Source: Desulfosudaceae bacterium
Lineage (GTDB): Bacteria > Desulfobacterota > Desulfobacteria > Desulfobacterales > Desulfosudaceae
Length of the DNA: 64,000 nucleotides
Direction: 5' to 3'
Assembly (NCBI GenBank): GCA_963674745.2
Contig: CAXXDV010000003.1
Location: 2,400,001 to 2,464,000, forward strand
Shown here: one piece after another, positions 21,501 to 29,800 of the stretch
Numbering within the stretch: position 1 is the first letter of the stretch
How the letters are laid out: each line of letters begins with the position of its first letter
Notes under the pieces: model-generated
Told to the model about the DNA's origin: nothing
Database searches by the model: none
The model's input: only the letters and a program-made list of their open reading frames with translations
Translations under genes and position numbers: made by a program

Positions 21501-24500
21501 TCCAGCACGGTAAATTCAACCCTGCTGATGCCGGACGCGTCCGAGGCGGTAAGTTCAAAAGCGCCTGATTCGGATATCTGGCCGCCGCTGGTAAAATCAG
21601 CGCCGTCGTATTTAATGGTACCGATTTCCGGCGGGATTATGTCGGCCATGGGCATCACCGGACCGAACGCACTGATAATGTCGTCCTTATATCCGGAAAT
21701 ATTCACCGTGGCCACGGCGAAATAATAATCCTGGCCGTTGGTCAGGCCGGTCACCTGGGCGGAGGTCGCGGTGGTATTCAAAGCCCAGGTCATTTCACTG
21801 ATCGACGCCGGGGCACTGGCTGCCGTACTCTTGTAAATCGCGTACCGTTTAATGGGACTGACCGGATCGCTGTCGTTGACGGTCGGCGCGGTCCAGGTCA
21901 AAGTAACATAGCCGTCATGGGAGTCAGCTGTCTGAATGGCCGGGTTGTCCACCAAGGTGGCGGCATTGATCTGAATACCATTGCTCTGGTTTCCGTCTCC
22001 ATCAACAGCGATGATTTTAAATGTAAAGGACGAAGCCGGTGTCAGCCCGGTGACCTGATAGGGAGGGACCGCGTCTTCGTCGAACAGGCCACCATCAAAA
22101 GAGACCTGGTGTTCTTCAAAATCTATTGATGTTGAAGGGGTCCAGTCAAAGGTCAGGCTGTTCGTCCCGCAAACGGAAACCGTCAGGTTGGTGGCTTCTG
22201 CCGGTGCCCCGACATCTACCGGTGTAGCCGAGGCGGCATTGACGGATGTGTCAAACTGTTCGTTGGCGTCAACCGGCACGACGGCAAAGCAATAGGCGGT
22301 TTCCCTGGTCAGGCCGGTAACGGTGTAAGCGAAATTTCCGGGTTGGACATCGGCAATGGGTGCCATTTCCGAAACATCGGTGGCGCAAGTGGACTCAACC
22401 GGTTCGCTCTGATAAACATCATACCGAATGATATCGCTTCCCTGGGCACCTTCATCATAGGTCCAGCTCAGGCCGACCGTGGTGCCGTCGCCGTTCCCGT
22501 CCGCATTCAGCCCAATAATCTGGGCCGGGACCGTATCATCATAAAAAATCTCTACCGCCTCAGCCGGATCGCTTTCATTACCCACCCGGTCAACTGCCTT
22601 GAACACGAGAGAGTTACTGCCCTCTTCCAGGGTGACCTGATATTCCCAGATGGTTCCCGAAGTATGGCTCACCGCCGGGCTGTCATTCAAATAGATGGCA
22701 TCATAGGCTTCTTTGGTCCCGGTGACGGTCTGCGTGATTGAATTGGTCGGCGAGGTCACCGGGTCAACGCCCGGAACCGGCGGCGGGGTGTTGTCCACCT
22801 CAAAATGTGATTTGTAAATTGGCGACAGATTTCCGGCGATGTCGGCCAGTTGGATGGTTACCGTGTAGGCGGATTCAACAAAAGGCGTGTTAAACGGTCT
22901 GGTGAAGACCCAGGGATTACCGGATGTGTCCCAGGAACCATTAACGGGGTCATCATTCCTGTCGGTAATGGTATACACGGAATCGGCCGTATCCAGGCCA
23001 TCGGCATACTCAATAAACGAGACTTCAACCGTAGACGGGGCATCGGCCAGCTTGAAAAAGGTGTTGTCTGCCGGCGTGATGTTAGTAACAAGCGGTGGAG
23101 GCGTATCAACACAGGGACTGACAGAAGCCAGCGGGTTATCGGCGTTAACACGATCTGTCCCATTGGTGTCAGTACCGTTATCCTCCCACCAGTTGCTTTC
23201 GGCACTGACAATTGAACCAGTCGGATCATTTAAACCAGTCGTATCATTATAAACACCATAGCCGGAATTATTCATTAAATTGTTTTGAGAGATAACGGGC
23301 TGGGCGCCATTTTTGGTATAGATACCGTAGAGATTTTCTATAATATTATTGCATTTGATGACGGCATTGTCACACCCATTACCGTTGGCGTAGATACCGG
23401 AATGGCTGCCGGCACGAATAACGTTGTTCTGAATGGTTGGCGCGGTGTTATTCAGATAAAGGTTGGCATTGTTGGTATGACCACCGTATTCGATGGTACA
23501 GTAATTCAGCTGGGTATCACTGCCTGTATTGCTGGAAAAGTATATCCCTTTCCAGTCTCCATGGCGCTGCGGACTGACGTTGGAAGTAAATATAATATGG
23601 TCATCCTGTTCACCGACAGCTAAAAGCGAGCCCCAGGAACCAGTGCCCGACCCTATCGTCAGGCCCTTACCCGCGTTAAACTTAATGATCGCACCCGGGG
23701 TAATTGTCAGTTTTGCATTACTGTAAATATTTACATTCCCCTGAACAACAAAAGGCAGGTCCTGAGCACTCCAGGTACAGCTTCCTCTGATATTACTGGC
23801 CCTTACCAATATGCCGTCCTCGCCATTACCGGATCCCTGGCTGCCGGTTATTGTATTAATAAATCCTGCGGTACTGACAGCAGCGCCCACATTGTCCTCA
23901 AACAAATTATCAGCTATTGTCGTAGTATAGGCCGTACTGCCTTCACCATTATCGCAATATATACCATCAGACTGGTTATCCATGATCTGGCAGTTAGATA
24001 TTACGGGGTTTGAATGGTATAGGTATATGCCATGTCCACTGCTCTTCCGGACGATGACGTCACCCGTGGTTGTATCGCCTATGGAGAATCCACTAGTAGA
24101 AGAAGCCAGATAGAGGTTGGCATTGTTGGTATTACCGCCGTATTCGATGGTACAGTAATTCAGCTGGGTATCACTGCCTGTATTGCTGGAAAAGTATATC
24201 CCTTTCCAGTCTCCATGGCTCTGCGGACTGACGTTGGAAGTAAATATAATATGGTCATCCTGTTCACCGACAGCTAAAAGCGAGCCCCAGGAACCAGTGC
24301 CCGACCCTATCGTCAGGCCCTTACCCGCGTTAAACTTAATGATCGCACCCGGGGTAATTGTCAGTTTTGCATTACTGTAAATATTTACATTCCCCTGAAC
24401 AACAAAAGGCAGGTCCTGAGCACTCCAGGTACAGCTTCCTCTGATATTACTGGCCCTTACCAATATGCCGTCCTCGCCATTACCGGATCCCTGGCTGCCG

Positions 24501-25951
24501 GTTATTGTATTAATAAATCCTGCGGTACTGACAGCAGCGCCCACATTGTCCTCAAACAAATTATCAGCTATTGTCGTAGTATAGGCCGTACTGCCTTCAC
24601 CATTATCGCAATATATACCATCAGACTGGTTATCCATGATCTGGCAGTTAGATATTACGGGGTTTGAATGGTATAGGTATATGCCATGTCCACTGCTCTT
24701 CCGGACGATGACGTCACCCGTGGTTGTATCGCCTATGGAGAATCCACTAGTAGAAGAAGCCAGATAGAGGTTGGCATTGTTGGTATTACCGCCGTATTCG
24801 ATGGTACAGTAATTCAGCTGGGTATCACTGCCTGTATTGCTGGAAAAGTATATCCCTTTCCAGTCTCCATGGTTCTGCGGACTAACGTTGGAAGTAAATA
24901 TAATATGGTCATCCTGTTCACCGACAGCTAAAAGCGTGCCCCAGGAACCACTGCCCGACCCTATCGTCAGGCCCTTACCCGCGTTAAACTTAATGATCGC
25001 ACCCGGGGTAATTGTCAGTTTTGCATTACTGTAAATATTTACATTCCCCTGAACAACAAAAGGCAGGTCCTGAGCACTCCAGGTACAGCTTCCTCTGATA
25101 TTACTGGCCCTTACCAATATGCCGTCCTCGCCATTACCGGATCCCTGGCTGCCGGTTATTGTATTAATGTATCCTGCGGTACTGACAGCAGCGCCCACAT
25201 TGTCCTCAAACAAATTATCAGCTATTGTCATCGTATACGAACTGCTTTCACCATTTTCACAATAGATACCATCAGACTGGTTATCCATGATCCGGCAGTT
25301 AGATATTACGGGGTTTGAATGGTATAGGTATATGCCATGTCCACTGCTCTTCCGGACGATGACGTCACCCGTGGTTGTATCGCCTATGGAGAATCCACTA
25401 GTAGAAGAAGCCAGATAGAGGTTGGCATTGTTGGTATTACCGCCGTATTCGATGGTACAGTAATTCAGCTGGGTATTACCGCCGGTGTTGCTGGAAAAGT
25501 ATATTCCTCTCCAGTCCCCAGGATTCTGCGGGCTGACGTTGGAGGTGAATACAATATGATTACCCTGCTCACCGACAGCAGAAAGCGTGCCCCAGGAACC
25601 ACTGCCCGACCCTATCGTCAGGCCCACTCCCGCGTTAAACTTGATAACAACACCGGGATCAATGGTTAATTTCGCGTTATTACGTATGGTTACATTGGCA
25701 GTAACAATATAAGGGCTACCGGAGACTGTCCAGGTTGTGCTGGCCGTAATACTTTCACTGACATTTGTGTCAGCAAAAGAAAGATCAGGTATCCCGACCA
25801 GAAACACCGGGAGCATCAGAATAACCATCATCATGCGAATCATGAACTGGTGATTGAATATTTGTCTTTGTCGAACTCCTGGTCTCTTGTCCGTAGTCAA
25901 AGCCGTCATGGGGTATGACCTCACTTGTTGATTATGTTTGGATAACGTCAT
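12587..25951 (-). CDS. Giant Rhs/YD-repeat protein: signal peptide, beta-helix repeats, Ig/FN3-like stalk, YD shell, Rhs core, variable CT
   Basis: Hydrophobic N-terminus ending LSFA-D; repeated 218-aa beta-helix units; FN3-like YYYAVTS motifs; many YxYD repeats; NNLRFPGQYYDEETGLHYN...DSLGL core; true start may be a downstream ATG. Confidence 0.95.
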   Translation of the reverse strand: MTLSKHNQQVRSYPMTALTTDKRPGVRQRQIFNHQFMIRMMMVILMLPVFLVGIPDLSFADTNVSESITASTTWTVSGSPYIVTANVTIRNNAKLTIDPGVVIKFNAGVGLTIGSGSGSWGTLSAVGEQGNHIVFTSNVSPQNPGDWRGIYFSSNTGGNTQLNYCTIEYGGNTNNANLYLASSTSGFSIGDTTTGDVIVRKSSGHGIYLYHSNPVISNCRIMDNQSDGIYCENGESSSYTMTIADNLFEDNVGAAVSTAGYINTITGSQGSGNGEDGILVRASNIRGSCTWSAQDLPFVVQGNVNIYSNAKLTITPGAIIKFNAGKGLTIGSGSGSWGTLLAVGEQDDHIIFTSNVSPQNHGDWKGIYFSSNTGSDTQLNYCTIEYGGNTNNANLYLASSTSGFSIGDTTTGDVIVRKSSGHGIYLYHSNPVISNCQIMDNQSDGIYCDNGEGSTAYTTTIADNLFEDNVGAAVSTAGFINTITGSQGSGNGEDGILVRASNIRGSCTWSAQDLPFVVQGNVNIYSNAKLTITPGAIIKFNAGKGLTIGSGTGSWGSLLAVGEQDDHIIFTSNVSPQSHGDWKGIYFSSNTGSDTQLNYCTIEYGGNTNNANLYLASSTSGFSIGDTTTGDVIVRKSSGHGIYLYHSNPVISNCQIMDNQSDGIYCDNGEGSTAYTTTIADNLFEDNVGAAVSTAGFINTITGSQGSGNGEDGILVRASNIRGSCTWSAQDLPFVVQGNVNIYSNAKLTITPGAIIKFNAGKGLTIGSGTGSWGSLLAVGEQDDHIIFTSNVSPQRHGDWKGIYFSSNTGSDTQLNYCTIEYGGHTNNANLYLNNTAPTIQNNVIRAGSHSGIYANGNGCDNAVIKCNNIIENLYGIYTKNGAQPVISQNNLMNNSGYGVYNDTTGLNDPTGSIVSAESNWWEDNGTDTNGTDRVNADNPLASVSPCVDTPPPLVTNITPADNTFFKLADAPSTVEVSFIEYADGLDTADSVYTITDRNDDPVNGSWDTSGNPWVFTRPFNTPFVESAYTVTIQLADIAGNLSPIYKSHFEVDNTPPPVPGVDPVTSPTNSITQTVTGTKEAYDAIYLNDSPAVSHTSGTIWEYQVTLEEGSNSLVFKAVDRVGNESDPAEAVEIFYDDTVPAQIIGLNADGNGDGTTVGLSWTYDEGAQGSDIIRYDVYQSEPVESTCATDVSEMAPIADVQPGNFAYTVTGLTRETAYCFAVVPVDANEQFDTSVNAASATPVDVGAPAEATNLTVSVCGTNSLTFDWTPSTSIDFEEHQVSFDGGLFDEDAVPPYQVTGLTPASSFTFKIIAVDGDGNQSNGIQINAATLVDNPAIQTADSHDGYVTLTWTAPTVNDSDPVSPIKRYAIYKSTAASAPASISEMTWALNTTATSAQVTGLTNGQDYYFAVATVNISGYKDDIISAFGPVMPMADIIPPEIGTIKYDGADFTSGGQISESGAFELTASDASGISRVEFTVLDGSATVVQATDYSSVYTCNIDLLAPDIENKTYTLEVTVYDTIGNTATTDYNFVVALPAPDAPVFTSPSNGYATNQSVVTVKGTAEPLSTITFYVNGTAQQETAITGATGNFSGNATLPVEGTNNVKARAANRAGQSVDSNTISVILNTDIPDAPMHLTATPLEDGKARLTWNCAASDLSGYNVYRHTAPFDAISGTIKVNAVPVTTLQFLDTPDEGLYYYRITSVNSLGTKSALSNQVEVQTDDTDPEALEITYTPQGPVNPDNGAFGPGRVDVTLVVSEPLLTTPFFSMVPDGGVLIPVDLTKLSDTEYTGYFIIEPGTISGETYAVFSARDKVGNRGTYVPTEYQSILVDARGPEVVRLDVFPAVPIDNNNPVMITAVFGLDEPVAQSGEDDYPVFEWALSGAPETFYPTNVPDEIVPPQSDDVQTWQVTFTLPALAVSADYEDLFFSFAGIDALGNVGDIIIADNAFEVYQGDLPALERPDGLNATALPAGQIELTWDAVENASGYRIYRGTTTGSLAEIDEVASGITTYTDQPGTDGDYYYAVTSLRTENEETGESDQRILAQSVNSDSVIPVQPTLLPLTLTPNGIQVDWSFTGTDQVTFSLYRAAGEISSVTGLQPVRQGIPLNMNSIIDPNPSLTEHNYVIVAVDAAGNLSTPSNNEYLDPGLLPVTSIDIVQEDLSDPVITWTTTGTIAGCNIYLGEEPNKQPLNAALITTNTYTDTGYAEDQRTYTVTTENASGVESLDRVITLPLVTAAMAESARIDRGIMNGLNYTVSNHSGGDIDNIRLKVDVVLNDDVTVKSHQSLPISLAAGESRDVAVIIGGYENLPDLAEITTTIEITEDDNETIRIVRNGRIDVGDGLLGLRLTTETFTRGGEGAARFSLENTCAEEIEIVSARNSGDDPSDEIVLTLEDEDGLPVATQNFQCATGSMVVTLTDGTSVVRIPPGETFESDPIVLPVTANVPDNLTAILSIAHIYFHLNRDDQVIMGEMRTSKPVTLTETSYIGEVTSVTPANATGDTDITISGRAVERGTEANPVLLSGVPLTVVISNNGFERTAEVYTDDNGLFEYLFTPTTGDAGTFQVCAVHPDLTERPVQDTFVISRVNLQYSSYKLTVPRGNGHTVTIAATAGSATTATNLRFEVDGTLPSGVTVICGDPITISDESGQVSFTVEGDSPADVEFTLRLVSDESPAGGWTTLDVELSLVDSRPSLWVTPDFIQAGLNAGSTATESVTLENKGYADMEGLILSVINTDAVGSQAPEWIYIASSTQISAIAPGDTSKVDIVLSPPADFTPDILSFYLKITSLNHATVKVPFSVTVTTDVTGRVLFHVSDIYTGTLDEYNEPIYGLANARILLQNEATGDDETLTTDAQGEAMSQELPVGSYRYRVRSDNHQELAGRVWVKPGITRAHEVFLPNQLVTVEWEVVETTIADKYEIIYNATFETNVPAAVVVADPAVINIPDDMNTGDVMNGEITLTNHGLIRADEVGLNDVSNKYFQVEYIGVPESILPHQVVTVPYRITCLMKPGADEGQDGTGGKQCCAHNKICGEGDYTFECANGVVTEASFESCAEWDVCVEYDPATQTCVIVPTDNPPGLDKAKELIEQDFEEFMDELMPDGDTAALCAPPANCSDPDGESCIKKMDFTRKHRFVITGSGVDLLNQTYNRDDTDLSIQVPGGLFKLTRKYSDKKWDWGLSRYDLELEYAGELVDSIDKDGIKYEKSSVVVPGTLAMFTNNSFKIIQQMDGTFVWQSRFGDYKIYDEQGRLTEVGDAKGPQRHLIYNGDYLAGLADKNNQQYLWLDHDTAGRIIRISDDYDREVLYTYTPEGWLETVVSVSDTGESRMIYGYGYDAEGKLTNVWLPANKQINIATDDPTYTITYNDFNMVKSVTDINGESKQFGYNYFEDRKEYYASVSDTSGQIKESWFDADGDTRRVDINGETQFRVEKEGRITRIIQNGHTTTRYEDEWGNRIKEVYPDGSFITRQYERDLNRLIRETDENGIVTAYTYDSQGNRASKTEAVGTTEERTTQYVYNNGHLIETRILGTSDIVTTMTYDPDGNQTSITTDAEGEAVTTRFIHDIMGNVLTKTVENPDGDDLVWTYTYDAMGNLLTAEDPEHKVTRYEYDFGGRKTKQIAPDLTETLFEYDMLGNMIKQTVVMDPADASKDIITTFEYGFDNKLVKMIDSEGAITEYAYDSRGRRVKTIDPAGNEIVTEYDPVSSEGGCTSCGGTADQPISVTYPTFEKAFVYDERNRKIAEQVIVPEGETLETRFVYDPAGNLIEKTDKDNQITYYEYDALNRLVRVTDPNQGQTAYAYDNRDNMTSLTDAQGNTTAFAYDGNNRLAKETRPEGEITTYDYDLMGNLIEKIDAKDQKTEYDYNNAGQLDETRYYDASLTLVKTVSFTYDDAGNLDGYNDGTTSAVYVYDNAGRKTSETVTYGSYSWTNTYTHLKNGLKKTFTGPDNVTYTYMYDTANRLAGVQMPAGIGFLTVNGYNWNRPAGFTLPGGGARAFEYDPLMRIKQIIGKDPGGNDLLNYDYTYDTMDNITSKATEHGDYGYEYDALHRLTDVDNPEAAGLTDEEFTYDNVGNRLTTEDSTSDWDYNFNNELQSSSDSTGDAVYEYDDNGNTIKKTVAGVVTNYVYNVEDRLTEVRDDSNNLIASYYYDPFGRRLSKTVGSTTTYYHYSDEGLVAEIDSYGNVDKTYGWQPGGTWGTDPLFMRESGTYFFYHNDHLGTPQKLTSSNGAVVWSAKYSSFGEATVEVDTVENNLRFPGQYYDEETGLHYNMWRYYDPETGRYLRVDPVDSDKGSSIFAYASNNSINNIDSLGLCEAGYCDRWRLTIVSVIGATIETGGVVINAELRADPERCCIQGSDYQYVGIGIGFSFKNVPTFIVSGDGQWFDTPCISLKEHVGFGRATSWGVGVRSSYGHLWVNTPQAYLRFKGWSKGLDLGAMTTTGHWSLKEGTNYS
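23460..25640. repeat. Intragenic tandem repeat of about 654 bp, ~3.5 near-identical copies
   Basis: Identical blocks recur at 24032/24686/25337 and 23529/24183/24837. Confidence 0.9.
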
Positions 25952-26050
25952 ATTATAAAAAATTTTTATTTCGTCTTAAATGCGTCGGTACCAGTGTTAA
26001 GAAGGCCAATGGCCTAATATCTCTATTCCCATCCCCACGGTACTTATTCA

Positions 26051-26875
26051 TCAATCACCACAGCTCTTGCATTTACCTGTAAACATCATTCGATCGTCAC
26101 GGGGGGCTCTGGACAAATCCAGGTTATGAAGATATCTGGCGAACCCATCAAGCCCGTCTTTAAGAAAAAACACATGCCTGACACCCGCTTCATGTAACCG
26201 CTTTCTGATGGCTGTGTATCCTTCGCCGGTATCGTTAAACACCAACACGTTATTGGCCGGGTGTTCCTGATTATATTTTTTCAGGATTTCGATTGCGGTT
26301 TCGTCGGCCGGATCAAGAGCGACCGCGTCCTGGAAAAGCGAACCCGTATTTTTACCGGGAGCAGCATTGATTGCTAAAAATGATTGATACTTACTTTCCT
26401 GGTAAACATCAGAGGGTTCCACCATCCATATATCCGATCTGGCAAACACATCACCTGTTAATGAGAAATCCTTCTCCAGCCAGGCATTGATACCACCGCG
26501 CAGGATTGAGACATTAAAGCCCTGCTCTTTGAGTCGCCCGGCTTCCTTTTCTAAAAGGCCGTAATTAAACCCGTTGTTGGTCAGCACCAGCGTGCTTCGT
26601 TTAAAGAACGGCTTGGTCTTGACCGCATAAAGCGGGATATTGATGGCGGAGGTGATGTGAATTTTCTCATAGTCCGGCCGGTTTCTGACATCCACGATCA
26701 GCACTGGTTTTTTCTGTTCCATCTTATGGCGGATCGCATTCGCGCTACGGGTAAAGGTGTAGTCGTGGGTCAGGGGTGCCTGCCCGGTTTTGACCATGCC
26801 GGGTTCAACCGCTGACGCTATAGCCGCGAAACCAAGGATAAAGGCCGTATTTAACAAAAGAATAAATGGCTTCAT
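26051..26875 (-). CDS. Exported rhodanese-like domain protein
   Basis: Signal peptide; LIVDVRNRPDYEKIHITSAINIP and LRGGINAW rhodanese motifs; C-terminal CKSC. Confidence 0.8.
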   Translation of the reverse strand: MKPFILLLNTAFILGFAAIASAVEPGMVKTGQAPLTHDYTFTRSANAIRHKMEQKKPVLIVDVRNRPDYEKIHITSAINIPLYAVKTKPFFKRSTLVLTNNGFNYGLLEKEAGRLKEQGFNVSILRGGINAWLEKDFSLTGDVFARSDIWMVEPSDVYQESKYQSFLAINAAPGKNTGSLFQDAVALDPADETAIEILKKYNQEHPANNVLVFNDTGEGYTAIRKRLHEAGVRHVFFLKDGLDGFARYLHNLDLSRAPRDDRMMFTGKCKSCGD

Positions 26876-26887
26876 TTAAATCGATTC

Positions 26888-29800
26888 CTATGGGGTGACT
26901 TCTTCACCGAACATTTCAATTTCTTCGATGATCATTTCCTGGCCGGCATCCCCGCCGGAGACAAACCAGATGCGTACGTGGCGGTAGGCTGTTTCATTGT
27001 CAAACGCGTAGGCATCCCAGCATCCATCACAACTGTAAGTCTGGTCTTCGGTTGTTAACGTCAGCCAGTCGCTGCTGTCCTTGGCCACACCCGGGCTGGC
27101 GATGTTTGATCCCTGCACGATAAATGTTCCGGGGTCTGCCGTTCCGCCGTATCCCTTGATGCGAATGATGTCCACCGCATATTGTGACGCGCCGAAATCA
27201 ATACTGATCCATTCATTATCGGCCACCGGGTAATTATTGGGACTCCAGGATGTATTTACATCATCGTCAAACGCGTTTTCCTTGAGGCTGTTATATTCCG
27301 AACTGGCTGATACGGTCAGACCGTATGTCAGGTCAACGTTGTTCGGGTTGTCCCAGATTGTCGGATCAGTGCCATAGGTATTTATCTCTTCACCGTCAGG
27401 CAGACCGTCATTATCAGAGTCATCATCGCAGGGGTCTGTTTCCGTTGAATCGACAGTGCCATTCAGATTGATGTCTTCATCACCATCCCAGAGTCCGTCA
27501 TCGTCGGTATCAAAATCATCAAATTCCGTGCAGCCTCTGTCTTCAAGCATATTGGAAAGCCCGTCGCCGTCATCGTCTTCAGACATTGTCTGAGTATCGC
27601 TCCAGGTCCAGGTCGTTACTACATCTCCCTGGGCATCAAGGAACTCGATATATTCAATAAAGTAACTCTCATTAAGGCCAAAGTTATCCGTAACGGTAAT
27701 AACATCATCGGCCGATATCCGGATGATCAGGTCCGTGCCGTCAGCACTGCGGCTCAAGATCACATTTGCTTCTGCCACATCCGAAGTAAATACGATCGTG
27801 TCTGTCCCGCCGGATACGCCATCCTCTGTAATCGTGTCCAGGCCGCATCCCAGGGAGAACCGGTAGGTATCGTTCCCATTATACCCCTTGAGAAGATCGT
27901 TCCCGGGCCCGCCTTCCAGAATGTCATTGCCGTAGCCGTCGCCTCCGTGCAAATTGTCGTCCCCGGCACCGCCATACAACGTGTCATCACCGGTATAACC
28001 GTCCAGCGTGTCGTTGCCATCCCCGCCGTCCAGCGTGTCGTTGCCGATATCACCATACAGCGTGTCGGCACCTGCATCACCATATAACGTGTCATCGCCG
28101 GCATCACCATCCAGCGTGTCGTTACCATCTCCCCCGATCAACGTGTCATTCCCGGCATATCCATACAGCACATCGTTGCCGCCAAGGCCGTCGATATTAT
28201 CGTCTGTATCGTAAAAACCGTGCAGCGTATCGTCTCCTTCGGTGACAACCGGCGGCAGCATGCCGACTACATCAAGGCAGCCCCAGGTCGTCAGTACAGC
28301 GCCTTGTCCGTCCAGGAACTGGATATGCTCTATCTGGCATCCTTCAACACCAAAGTTATTCACCACGGTGATAACATCATCGACCGATATCCGGATGATC
28401 AGATCCATACCGTCAGCACTGCGGCTCAATATCACATCTGCTTCTGCCACATCCGAGGTAAATACGATCGCGTCTGCCCCGCCGTAAGCACCCGTCTCGT
28501 CAACCGTGTCCAGGCCGCATCCCAGGGAGAAGCGGTAGGTATCGTCCCCATTATACCCCTGAAGAAGATCATTCCCGGGCCCGCCTTCCAGAATGTCATT
28601 ACCGTATCCATCGCCTCCGTGCAGATTGTCATCACCGGTTCCGCCATACAACGTATCATCGCCGGTATAACCGTCCAGCGTGTCGTTGCCATCCCCGCCG
28701 TTCAGCGTGTCGTTGCCGATATCACCATACAGCGTGTCGTTGCCCGCACCGCCATTTAACGTGTCATTACCGGCACCACCGTCCAGCGTGTCGGCACCAT
28801 CCCCGCCGTCCAGCGTGTCATTCCCGGCATATCCATACAGCACATCGTTGCCGCCAAGACCGTCGATATTATTATCGTATTCATCTCCGTACAGCGTATC
28901 GTCACCGTCAGTGGCAGCCGGCGGCAGCATACCGATTACATCTAAACGGTCCCAGGTTGTGACCACATCTCCCTGGGCATCAAGGAACTCGATATATTCA
29001 ATATACCAACTCTCATAAAGGCCAAAATTATTCGTCACCGTAATAACATCATCGACCGATATCCGGATGATCAGATCCATACCGTCAGCACTGCGGCTCA
29101 AGATCACATTTGCTTCTGCCACATTCGAGGTAAATACGATCGTGTCTGTCCCGCCGGATACACCATCCTCTGTAATCGTGTCCAGGCCGCATCCCAGGGA
29201 GAAGCGGTAGGTATCGTCCCCATTATACCCCTGAAGAAGATCATTCCCGGGCCCGCCTTCCAGAATGTCATTACCGTATCCATCGCCTCCGTGCAGATTG
29301 TCATCACCGGTTCCGCCATACAACGTATCATCACCGGTATAACCGTCCAGCGTGTCGTTGCCATCCCCGCCGTCCAGCGTGTCGTTGCCGATATCACCAT
29401 ACAGCGTGTCGGCACCTGCATCACCATATAACGTGTCATCGCCGGCATCACCATCCAGCGTGTCATTACCATCTCCCCCGATCAACGTGTCATTCCCGGC
29501 ATATCCATACAGCACATCGTTGCCGCCAAGGCCGTCGATATTATCGTCTGTATCGTAAAAACCGTGCAGCGTATCGTCTCCTTCGGTGGCAACCGGCGGC
29601 AGCATGCCGATTACATCAAGGCAGCCCCAGGTCGTCAGCACAGCGCCTTGTCCGTCCAGGAACTGGATATACTCTATCTGGCATCCTTCAACACCAAAGT
29701 TATCCACCACGGTGATAACATCATCGACCGATATCCGGATGATCAGGTCCGTGCCGTCAGCACTGCGGCTCAATATCACATCTGCTTCTGCCACATCCGA

